Notes under the pieces: model-generated | What the model saw: the letters and a program-made list of their open reading frames with translations, nothing else | The model's database searches: none | Told to the model about the DNA's origin: nothing | Translations under genes and position numbers: made by a program | Shown here: positions 9,579-17,366 of the stretch, piece by piece | Layout of the letters: each line of letters begins with the position of its first letter | Numbering within the stretch: position 1 is the first letter of the stretch | Assembly (NCBI GenBank): GCA_022360715.1 | Contig: JAKSCG010000237.1 | Span: 34,232-98,231, forward strand | Origin: Halanaerobiales bacterium | GTDB lineage: Bacteria > Bacillota > Halanaerobiia > Halanaerobiales > DTU029 | Direction: 5' to 3' | Length of the DNA: 64,000 nt

Positions 9579-10348
9579 TAACTACCACCTCCCGGCCAGA
9601 ATAAATTTTTTTCCGTTAACTTTAATTGGGAAAAAATCTGACAGCCATAATCTACCTTACCTACCCAGCTTAAACGATGGGCATCACTCCCGAGCGAGAA
9701 TCTCACTCCCTTGCTGGCCGCTGCTCTGACGAATTCCGGCCCCGGGGCTAAGGTAGGATTGTGAATTTCAATTGCAATATTATTCCCGGCCGCTAATTTA
9801 ATTACCTCGGCCTGCCATCTTTGATCAAAAAATTTATTCCTGATCTCCCTCTCCACCAACCTTTTATCGGCAAAACTTAAGCCGGTAATTTGCTCCGGGG
9901 GAAAGGGGAAGTATCCCATCATGTGCCCGGCTATATCTGTATTATGCATCTGGAGTAGCTTGAGTACCTGTTCTTTATAAATCTCCCAAATCACGGGGTC
10001 CATTAGTTGAACCTTTTTAAAGTCAATCCCCTGGGGCCAGGAGTGGATACTGCGGATAATAATATCAACCATTTCACGCAATTCGGTCCCGACCGGAAAA
10101 TCATAGCCGGTTTCAATCCCGGTAAAGACCTGTAGTCGATACTTAACTGCCTGCCGGCGGATCGCCCTTAAGTGCTTCTTTAGTGCCGCCATTTTGGGCT
10201 CCAGTTGGCCAAGGTCAGCAAACTCAAAGTGATCTGTTATCGCAATCGCTTTTAGTCCCAGCCCTGCTGCCCTGCTTAAGACCTCCTCAATACTTCCTTC
10301 TCCGTCCGAAAAGTTGGTATGGATATGGAAATCAATATTATAAAACAT
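9578..10348 (-). CDS. PHP-domain phosphoesterase (histidinol-phosphatase-like fold)
   Basis: N-terminal DFHIHTNFSDG plus later ITDH and GSDAH metal-ligand motifs of the PHP family. No signal peptide. TAATG overlap with the permease gene upstream. Confidence 0.75.
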   Translation of the reverse strand: MFYNIDFHIHTNFSDGEGSIEEVLSRAAGLGLKAIAITDHFEFADLGQLEPKMAALKKHLRAIRRQAVKYRLQVFTGIETGYDFPVGTELREMVDIIIRSIHSWPQGIDFKKVQLMDPVIWEIYKEQVLKLLQMHNTDIAGHMMGYFPFPPEQITGLSFADKRLVEREIRNKFFDQRWQAEVIKLAAGNNIAIEIHNPTLAPGPEFVRAAASKGVRFSLGSDAHRLSWVGKVDYGCQIFSQLKLTEKNLFWPGGGS

Positions 10349-11211
10349 TATTCCTTCAACCCGCTGACGGTGATTCCCTCGACAAAAAAACGCTGAGTAA
10401 AGATAAACAACAGCAAAATCGGTAATAAGGACATTAAAGAAGCGGCATAAACCAAATTAGGATACTGTTCATACTGGCCGTTAAACAGCGGAATGGCAAT
10501 TGATAAAGTCCTCAAATGATCGGAATTAATGATCATCAAGGGCCAGATATAGGAATTCCAGTGACTGGTAAAGGTAAATAAGGTTAACGTTGCTAAAGCC
10601 GGTTTAGTTAACGGTAAGATCAGGCTAAAAAATATTCTAAATTCAGTACATCCGTCAATCCTGGCCGCATCAAGTAAGGAATCCGGCAAAGACAAAATAA
10701 ACTGTCGCATTAAAAAAATACCAAAGGCACTGGATAAACCGACTACAATCAGCCCGGTATATGTATTGACCAGTCCGACTTGATGGGCCATCACATAGAG
10801 AGGAACTATTGTTACCGGATAAGGGACCATCATTGTAGCCAGGATCAGCCAGAATAAAACTTTAGCCCCTTTAAATTTATACTTGGCAAAACCAAAGCCG
10901 GCCATGGCTGCCGTTATTACCGTAATGATAGTTGGGATAATTGTAACAAAAGCTGTATTCAAGTAATAGCGGGCAAAAGGGATCATTGCAAAGACCTTTT
11001 GGAAATTCGCCAGGGTTGGTTCCTGCGGCCAAAAAGTCGGCGGAAAAACCATTACTTCCCGCAGGGGTTTAAATGCCCCCAGAATCATCCACAAAAAGGG
11101 CATCATCATCAAAATTCCACCGCCGGACAGGACTAAATAAATCATAATTTTCCGGGAATTGCCGATATATTGCTCCCCTCTTAGCTTGTCGGCTTGATCT
11201 TTTTTATTCAT
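10348..11211 (-). CDS. CUT1-family ABC transporter permease (MalG/UgpE-like)
   Basis: Polytopic membrane protein with the EAA loop DAARIDGCTEFRIFFSLILPLTKPAL. Confidence 0.85.
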   Translation of the reverse strand: MNKKDQADKLRGEQYIGNSRKIMIYLVLSGGGILMMMPFLWMILGAFKPLREVMVFPPTFWPQEPTLANFQKVFAMIPFARYYLNTAFVTIIPTIITVITAAMAGFGFAKYKFKGAKVLFWLILATMMVPYPVTIVPLYVMAHQVGLVNTYTGLIVVGLSSAFGIFLMRQFILSLPDSLLDAARIDGCTEFRIFFSLILPLTKPALATLTLFTFTSHWNSYIWPLMIINSDHLRTLSIAIPLFNGQYEQYPNLVYAASLMSLLPILLLFIFTQRFFVEGITVSGLKE

Positions 11212-12094
11212 AGCTAATATTCCTCCCCAGCAGCTTCCAATTAATCAAGGTAATAATTACGGTAATTATAAACAGAAAGACGGACATGGCAGCAGAATAA
11301 CCCATCCGGAGGTCAGCAAAAGCCCGCTGGAAAATATAGTAAACCAGGACCAGGCTTTTATCGACCGGCCCACCCTGGGTCATAATATTTACCTGGGCAA
11401 AGACCCGGAAAGCCCCGATCGTCGTTGTAATCATAATAAACAGGGTCGTCGGCTTTAACAGCGGTAAAGTTAAATACCAAAAAGTCTGCCACTTCCCGGC
11501 TCCGTCAATCTGGGCAGCCTCATAATAACTACGGGGGATACCCTGTAAAGCGGCTAAATAGATAATCATTCTGCTGCCGATCGACAACCAGATCCCCATA
11601 AGGACAAGGGCCGGGATTACTGTATCCGGATTGGCTAACCAGTTGACCCGGGTCCAACCGAAGAGACCAATCAACCAGTTCATAATCCCGATTCTGGGAT
11701 GGTAGATCCAGGTCCAGATCACTGAAGCAACGGCGATCGGTGTAATCACCGGCAAGTAAAATAAAGCCCGGAAAAAAACAATTTTTTTAATTTTAGTGTT
11801 TAATAAAAGGGCGGTGATTAAGGAAAAAATGACAATCCCCGGGATTAGACCAAGGGCATAGACAGCCGTGTTATAAACTGAGCTCCAAAATCGTTCATCC
11901 TGCAACATGCTAATATAGTTTTGCAGACCAACGAATTCTGCTTCCGGGGAGATAATACTCCACTGATTAAAACTTAACCAAATTCCAACGATAGCAGGGA
12001 TAAAGGTTACCATCATATAAAAGATAAAGCCTGGTGCCACAAAGATATAAGGTGCCAAAATCCTCTGCCATTTATTAAATTTATTTCCCCACAC
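11204..12094 (-). CDS. CUT1-family ABC transporter permease (MalF/UgpA-like)
   Basis: GTG start with GGGAGG 10 nt upstream. Six predicted TM segments. EAA loop EAAQIDGAGKWQTFWYLTLPLLKPT. Confidence 0.85.
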   Translation of the reverse strand: MWGNKFNKWQRILAPYIFVAPGFIFYMMVTFIPAIVGIWLSFNQWSIISPEAEFVGLQNYISMLQDERFWSSVYNTAVYALGLIPGIVIFSLITALLLNTKIKKIVFFRALFYLPVITPIAVASVIWTWIYHPRIGIMNWLIGLFGWTRVNWLANPDTVIPALVLMGIWLSIGSRMIIYLAALQGIPRSYYEAAQIDGAGKWQTFWYLTLPLLKPTTLFIMITTTIGAFRVFAQVNIMTQGGPVDKSLVLVYYIFQRAFADLRMGYSAAMSVFLFIITVIITLINWKLLGRNISYE

Positions 12095-12151
12095 TCCGCT
12101 TCAACCTCCCTCTTGAACGGAGAAGGGTGATTACCCTCCTCCGTACTTACC

Positions 12152-13414
12152 TTACTTCTTGACAATAACTTCCTGATAAATTTTTTCTGCTTCCTGAACC
12201 AGCCAGTCAAAAGCTACCCTCGTTTCCATCCCTTCAATCGTAACCTTTTGCACGGCCTTTCTAACGGCAGTATCCATCTGCGTCCAGGCCCGGAAGGGAT
12301 ATGGTTTAGCCTTTTTTAAAGAAGCAAAAGGGGTCGCTAACAGGGGTTCTACGGCGAGCAGTTCCTGATCATCAAGCAAGCTTTTGCGGGCCGGTAATTC
12401 ACCGGTTTTCCTGGTCATCTTCCGTTGGGCTTCTTCCGAAGTAAGGAAACTGAGCCATTTTGTTGCCAACTCCTGCTCTTTAGTTTTTTGACTGATTACA
12501 TAAGCCCAATTAGTTACAATATTGGTCTGCTCAGCCCCTTTTTTTAAGGTCGGTAGTTCGGCAATTCCGAGCGGAAGGTCAGGGTGAGTACTGCGGAAAC
12601 TGCCCAACATGGCGGGATGGGCTGCTACCATTCCCAGTTCCCCCTGCCGGAAAGCCATCCAACGGGAGCCGAAATCAAGGTCTTCCACCCCATATTTAAC
12701 AATCCATTCTGTGGTAAACTCAAAGGCCTTAAAGGCTTCTTCATTATTAAACAAGGCCTTGCCGTCTTTGATAAACTCTGTCCCGGACTGGGCGATAAAT
12801 GACCAAATAACCGGGCCATAACTACCGTGAGCCAGTCCCATTCTGGTAGTCATTCCATTTTCATCCCGTTGGTGGATCTTTTGGGCATAGTCTATTAATT
12901 CATCCCATGTTTCCGGTGGTCTGGTTAGCTTTTCTTCCTTAAAAATATCGCTGTTATAAAACAAAACAATTGTCTGGACATCAGTAGGCAAACCAAAATA
13001 CTGACGATCATCCGCTAAGTATTTAATTGTTCCGGCGTTAAATTCTTGCTTGATTTCCTCAGCTGTAATAATCGAAGCGCTTAAAGGGGAAAGGACGCCC
13101 CTTTCAATAAAAGTAGGCACATCGGTCGAACGAATCTGAAAGGTATCCGGGCCGGACCCAGCCGCCAGGGATGAAAGCAGCTTGGTATAGTAATCACCCA
13201 GCGGAATTGACTCCAGGGCAATTTGCAGACCATACTTTTGCTCAAATTCAGCCGCAAAATCTTTAATCATTGCTAACCTTGCCGGTGAATGATGCTGCCA
13301 GTGGACAATCCGGGGTTGGGCCAGTGTAAAGGCCGGATTTAACCATAAAACAAAGACAACTAACAGTAGAACAGAAAAAACACGACGGTTTTTAATTAAA
13401 TAATGCTTTTCCAC
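12152..13414 (-). CDS. Extracellular solute-binding protein, family 1 (CUT1 ABC importer)
   Basis: GTG start with AAGGGGG 6 nt upstream. Signal peptide. Length (420 aa) and composition are typical of sugar/glycerophosphodiester-type SBPs. First gene of the operon. Confidence 0.8.
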   Translation of the reverse strand: MEKHYLIKNRRVFSVLLLVVFVLWLNPAFTLAQPRIVHWQHHSPARLAMIKDFAAEFEQKYGLQIALESIPLGDYYTKLLSSLAAGSGPDTFQIRSTDVPTFIERGVLSPLSASIITAEEIKQEFNAGTIKYLADDRQYFGLPTDVQTIVLFYNSDIFKEEKLTRPPETWDELIDYAQKIHQRDENGMTTRMGLAHGSYGPVIWSFIAQSGTEFIKDGKALFNNEEAFKAFEFTTEWIVKYGVEDLDFGSRWMAFRQGELGMVAAHPAMLGSFRSTHPDLPLGIAELPTLKKGAEQTNIVTNWAYVISQKTKEQELATKWLSFLTSEEAQRKMTRKTGELPARKSLLDDQELLAVEPLLATPFASLKKAKPYPFRAWTQMDTAVRKAVQKVTIEGMETRVAFDWLVQEAEKIYQEVIVKK

Positions 13415-13616
13415 AGAAAACCCCCTTTTATTTTGAATAGTAAGTTATTAAATTTATTTTAATAACTTTTAAGTAAATTTTATCATTTTGTACTGAATCA
13501 GTCAAATTATTTTTAAAAATTAGTTTTTTTATAGCTTTTTTACAACAATTACGTTGGGTAAATAAAGTATTTTTTAAATTGATTTTACTAACTTTAGTCC
13601 TATTATCCCACGTCAA

Positions 13617-13644
13617 TATTAAATCCAAATTAACATAATGTAAA
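13617..13644 (-). promoter_or_regulatory. Pho-box-like array (three TTWAYA-type hexamers at 11-bp phasing)
   Basis: The minus strand reads TTTACA-ttatg-TTAATT-tggat-TTAATA-ttgac-GTGGGA-TAATAG. The hexamers lie at 13644..13639, 13633..13628 and 13622..13617. The region is very AT-rich, so a chance occurrence is plausible. Confidence 0.25.
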
Positions 13645-13666
13645 ATATTTATTAATATTAAGTATT

Positions 13667-13698
13667 TAAAAATGGGTAACCATGGTTGATGGCTACCC
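13667..13698 (-). terminator. Terminator after the patatin gene
   Basis: The minus strand reads GGGUAGCCAU-caacc-AUGGUUACCC (10 bp including one G.U) followed by AUUUUUAAAU, about 45 nt after the patatin stop. Confidence 0.5.
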
Positions 13699-13744
13699 TT
13701 TGCTTAAAGCATTTAAACATATATTAACTATCGGGATTAATTAA

Positions 13745-14650
13745 TTACCAAAAGCTGTGCAGCCACCTTAAGACCGGCGTCAAGTCGAGCTGATCGGCCA
13801 GTCTTTTGAGCTGGGGAATTTTACTGTATTTATCCATCCCGATCGGATCATGCAAGAGCGGATTTAAACGATAATACCTTTTTCCCAAAAGGTAGTCTGT
13901 AACCAGGTAATCAGTTTGAGCGGCACTACTGAAGAGCAAAGAAACCAATGGCATTGGAGGGTCTGCCCCAAAATACCATTGCCAGGCACCCCAGTCAGCT
14001 GTATTACCTTGAATCCTTTTCGGTAGATAGCCGGTACCCAGTGAAATTAAGCTCATTTTCGGTAAACCTTCCCGTCCCGATAGTCTGGAAAGGGCATAAG
14101 CCAGGGCAACTGTACTTGGATTATTGGCTACTACTGCCCCATCAATATAGTTTTGATGGGAGGGAAAAAAGATTGGGGCCGCACAACTGGCTAAAGCAAC
14201 ATCGATGACCCGGGCATCTTGATCATCAGTATCTGATAAATTACTAAAAAAAACGGGACCCCAGCTGTTCCTATTTTCAGGGCATGCCTTAACTTTAAAA
14301 GCAGGAATCAACACATTATATTCGAGATCTTTTAATTTAAGATTTAACGGGAAAACAAGTTCCAGCACTTTCTGCAATCTTTCCAGACTATAGCGCGGTT
14401 GAGTTAAACCCCTGCTTTGCCGCTTAAAGATATACCGGCAAAGTTCTACCGAATAAAGTTGATCTAACCATTCGATCTCAATCCCGGCGGCCAGTCCCAG
14501 CGCAATAAGGGAACCGGTTGAGGTACCGGCAAACATGTTAACCTGCTTTAATAAATTGGGAGTATTCTCGCTTAATCGGCTTAAAACTCTGGCTGTTAAT
14601 GCCCCACGAACCCCTCCTCCATCAAAGGTCATTATTCGGCATCCATCCAT
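13745..14650 (-). CDS. Patatin-like phospholipase
   Basis: FDGGGVRG oxyanion motif, GTSTGS (GxSxG nucleophile elbow) and DGAVVANNP (catalytic Asp). GGAGTG lies 7 nt upstream of the ATG. Confidence 0.85.
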   Translation of the reverse strand: MDGCRIMTFDGGGVRGALTARVLSRLSENTPNLLKQVNMFAGTSTGSLIALGLAAGIEIEWLDQLYSVELCRYIFKRQSRGLTQPRYSLERLQKVLELVFPLNLKLKDLEYNVLIPAFKVKACPENRNSWGPVFFSNLSDTDDQDARVIDVALASCAAPIFFPSHQNYIDGAVVANNPSTVALAYALSRLSGREGLPKMSLISLGTGYLPKRIQGNTADWGAWQWYFGADPPMPLVSLLFSSAAQTDYLVTDYLLGKRYYRLNPLLHDPIGMDKYSKIPQLKRLADQLDLTPVLRWLHSFW

Positions 14651-14720
14651 AGCTTTTCACTCCATAATAAAATATATATTATATTATGGTTTCTGCTTAA
14701 AATTGACAAAACCCAATAAA

Positions 14721-14748
14721 GAAAAACCCCCGGAGATAACCCCGGGGG
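14721..14748 (-). terminator. Terminator after ompM copy 1
   Basis: The minus strand reads CCCCCGG-gguuaucu-CCGGGGG followed by UUUUUC, about 25 nt after the stop at 14773. Confidence 0.7.
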
Positions 14749-14772
14749 TTTATTATGGAACAGAAGCATTGC

Positions 14773-16965
14773 CTAAAAACTAATACTAACACCGGCTTGG
14801 GCCGTGCTAACTTGATAGTCTTGCGCTTTATTTATATTACCAGCTGTGTCTTTTAATTCCAATAATTGATAATTGGCCTTGAAGTCAACTCCGTCAGTAA
14901 TCGTATAGACTAGCCCTGCTTGATTGGTGTTGTATTTACCCTGATCAGCAGTAGTACCCTCTACTTCTTTATAGGTATAGTCATAATTAAACTTAGCTGC
15001 TCCTAAGCTGTAACCAACACCAAGGTTATACTCCGTCGTCTCTTCATCCTCATCTTCGCCAATATCTTCAAAGGCAAATCCGGCCCTGATCACTAAATCG
15101 TTAAATACAGGATAATCAACTACCTTTACTCCATAGTCGATCGTTACTACGTCTTTACCGGCAATATAGTCATCATCAGTTACGTTTTCATACCCGGCCT
15201 CTGCTGTTATATATTCATTTGCTGCATATTTTACCCCAAATTCCAGGGTTGTTTCCTCTTTTCCGGTTTCTACCGGGTCTTTAACCGCGTATTCACCGGT
15301 TACGGTCAAGTCTTCAGTTAAAAGTGGCATCATACCGGTCAGCGCCAACTTAGTTGTTTCATCTTCTCCTTTTTCTACTTGAGCATAGAATAAACTGGCT
15401 TCCAGTAAATCAGTTATCTGCTCACTTACCTTGAAGTTCCAGCCGGTCATATCGGCTTGACCCAGCCCGGTGGTAAACTGATCATAGTCATCATCATCAG
15501 CATCAAATATTAGATCATTTTCACTAATTGGCTTAAAGTATTCGTCCCGGTTCTTGTAATTGAACTCAAGAGCAGCAAATGGTAAGCTGGTAATTGCTCC
15601 CAAGCGAATCAATGAACCGTTATCAGCTCCGTCCACTTCAGGGACGGAATGAGCAAAATCAAGATAGGCGTCTATTTGGCCCAACTGAGCATTGAGGTCA
15701 ATCCCTAATAAATTATGGTTCATATCTTCAACTTTAACTACCGTTCCACATTCACCGGTAAAGAATTCATTCCGGGCTCGCCGACTGCTAATGTTTACCC
15801 CAAAATCCAGGCCTTCTAACCCAAATCTCTTCCTGGCCCCCATCACATAAAAGTCATCACTATCTTCGACCAGATCTAGGTAAGCACCAGTTGTCGGATC
15901 ATAGTCCTCATAAACGTCGTGTCCATTATCTAAATCTTTAGTTCCGGCAACATCGTAATCGATCATCCCAAAAAAGGTCTCTAAGCCAAGTTTTTTCCAG
16001 TCAACTACTATCCCATTAATTTCAGCCTGACTATAGGCATAGTCAGCTATGTCTACGACGTTTTCTTCGTTATAGACTGCTTTTAAAGCCTCATTTTCCA
16101 TAACTAATTCAGCCTGATCCAAAATCAAGACATCTTCAACATCATCTTTTTCGTGCACATCCAGTTTGACAACGGCAGTTAAGCCATTAGCAACTATATT
16201 TGCCTGCAAGTCCAGAGTCTGTTCTACTTTTCCATCTGTTTTGTCATAGTCAATTTCGATCTTTTTGGAGTCGTCATCCCAGGGATCAGAATAAAGATAA
16301 GAGTCGTCCCGGTCTCCTTCTCCCAGGTCATATTCACCGTCATCGTCAGTATCAATGTATTCTTCTTGGATCAGCCTTCCTTCGATCTCTTGGTCGGTCA
16401 ACTCTACATTGTATTTCCCGCTAAAGCTAACTACCGGAGCAACCTTTTCTAATGCAGTGACTCGTGCTTCCACCGCATCTACATCGGCATAGATACCATC
16501 GATTTTCTGGTCGAGTATCTTTAACTCTGCTTTAAATTCAAAGGTTAAAGCCTCAATCAAGTTAACCACTTCTTCTACCTGCTGTTCACTTAAGTTTTTG
16601 GATCCTCCGCTTGCCGGTGGTTGGTTTTTGGCTAAAAGAGCTTTGACAATTGCCGTTACATCCTCTGCCTGTGCTTTGCTTAAATTGTTAGCGACATCGT
16701 CGATCTCCTCAGCGAGCATTTTCCGTTCCATCTCGATCTTGTCCAGGATCCGGCTTACTATGATCGCAATCTCATAGCGGGTCAGGTTGTTTTTCCCCTT
16801 AAAACTTCCGTCGGGATAACCCTCAGCGATACCGGATGCCACCAACTTGTTTACGGCCCGATAGGCCCAGTGGTTAGCCGGCACATCAGTAAAAGGCCCG
16901 GCAAAAGAAGTTGTGGTGACAAAGATCATCAATAAAAAAACCAGTAAAAAACTATATTTTTTCAT
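14773..16965 (-). CDS. ompM: OmpM-type porin/OM tether: SLH domain + coiled coil + beta-barrel (copy 1)
   Basis: Signal peptide. SLH motif FTDVPANHWAYRAVNKLVASGIAEGYPDGSFKGKNNLTRYEIA. A heptad-rich segment (residues ~80-180). An acidic insert. A ~480-aa amphipathic-strand barrel ending ...AGVSISF. This architecture defines OmpM/Mep45 of diderm Firmicutes. Confidence 0.85.
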   Translation of the reverse strand: MKKYSFLLVFLLMIFVTTTSFAGPFTDVPANHWAYRAVNKLVASGIAEGYPDGSFKGKNNLTRYEIAIIVSRILDKIEMERKMLAEEIDDVANNLSKAQAEDVTAIVKALLAKNQPPASGGSKNLSEQQVEEVVNLIEALTFEFKAELKILDQKIDGIYADVDAVEARVTALEKVAPVVSFSGKYNVELTDQEIEGRLIQEEYIDTDDDGEYDLGEGDRDDSYLYSDPWDDDSKKIEIDYDKTDGKVEQTLDLQANIVANGLTAVVKLDVHEKDDVEDVLILDQAELVMENEALKAVYNEENVVDIADYAYSQAEINGIVVDWKKLGLETFFGMIDYDVAGTKDLDNGHDVYEDYDPTTGAYLDLVEDSDDFYVMGARKRFGLEGLDFGVNISSRRARNEFFTGECGTVVKVEDMNHNLLGIDLNAQLGQIDAYLDFAHSVPEVDGADNGSLIRLGAITSLPFAALEFNYKNRDEYFKPISENDLIFDADDDDYDQFTTGLGQADMTGWNFKVSEQITDLLEASLFYAQVEKGEDETTKLALTGMMPLLTEDLTVTGEYAVKDPVETGKEETTLEFGVKYAANEYITAEAGYENVTDDDYIAGKDVVTIDYGVKVVDYPVFNDLVIRAGFAFEDIGEDEDEETTEYNLGVGYSLGAAKFNYDYTYKEVEGTTADQGKYNTNQAGLVYTITDGVDFKANYQLLELKDTAGNINKAQDYQVSTAQAGVSISF

Positions 16966-17015
16966 TTACTTCCCCTCACAGTTTAGTTTTCTGATTCAAC
17001 TATTCCGGCTCAGGC

Positions 17016-17045
17016 TACCATAAGTATCCTCGTTTCCTTATGGTA
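17016..17045 (-). promoter_or_regulatory. Conserved leader hairpin ~50-80 nt upstream of the ompM1 start
   Basis: The minus strand reads UACCAUAAG-gaaacgaggaua-CUUAUGGUA (9 bp). The same hairpin is at 40952..40981 upstream of ompM2, with one U.U mismatch. Confidence 0.4.
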
Positions 17046-17174
17046 TTACCACCGAAGCTGAATCAGATTTATTTATCATAATCATTTTGTAGGACCATAG
17101 ATTGAAAAACTAAAATCCACCCCCCTCTCCCAGATTTAGTAATACAAAATGATCTGAACAATTGGAATCTTTTT

Positions 17175-17300
17175 AAAAAACCCCAAGAGAAGACATATTA
17201 TGGCGCCCCCCATAATGACCAGTACAGTCCCCAGCACAACAAGGGGTCAAACAAAGCTGGGAAAGCCAGACTGGTGAAAATTTTTTCTATCTTCTCTTGG
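17175..17300 (-). ncRNA. Candidate structured cis-regulatory RNA or sRNA in the ompM1 leader (copy A)
   Basis: The minus strand reads CCAAGAGAAGA ... ACCAGU [CUGG-cuuuc-CCAG] ... [CCCC-uuguugugcu-GGGG] ... ACUGGU c [AUUAUGG-ggggcg-CCAUAAU] augu UCUUCUCUUGG gg UUUUUU. That is an 11-bp closing helix, a 6-bp helix enclosing two hairpins, a 7-bp hairpin and then U6. It differs from copy B (41107..41231) at only 4 positions. Confidence 0.45.
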
Positions 17301-17337
17301 AAAAATTTAATCAACTAAATACATTTTTGTTATAAGT

Positions 17338-17366
17338 ATTTTATCGAACGTTCTACCTTTAACCAA
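17338..17366 (-). promoter_or_regulatory. SigmaA-type promoter reading toward the ompM1 leader
   Basis: The minus strand has TTGGTT (17366..17361), a 17-nt spacer and TAAAAT (17343..17338), about 40 nt upstream of the structured element. Operator copy 1 overlaps its spacer and -10. Confidence 0.4.

Noticed and set aside
12013-12210. 65-aa ORF (-) bridging the SBP/permease junction.
   Set aside because: It overlaps both flanking genes out of frame. The intergenic part is only the permease SD region.
13428-13628. 66-aa ORF (-) in the gap between the SBP gene and the patatin gene.
   Set aside because: It lies in an extremely AT-rich promoter region. The peptide is Lys/Asn/Ile-rich and low in complexity, there is no SD, and it overlaps the Pho-box-like repeats. 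It is most likely non-coding.
13745-14650. Patatin gene as the effector of a CBASS-like or other anti-phage system.
   Set aside because: No cyclase/nucleotidyltransferase, sensor, TIR/SAVED or other partner gene is adjacent. The gene is flanked by its own terminator and by housekeeping envelope and nutrient genes.
17175-17300. The ompM-leader element as a known riboswitch, a tRNA-like element, 6S RNA or a simple bidirectional terminator.
   Set aside because: I see none of the conserved cores I know for the common riboswitch classes. It has no cloverleaf. It is too short and lacks the central bubble expected for 6S RNA. A simple terminator would not need three internal helices conserved at ~97 percent. 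This remains unverified without an Rfam scan.
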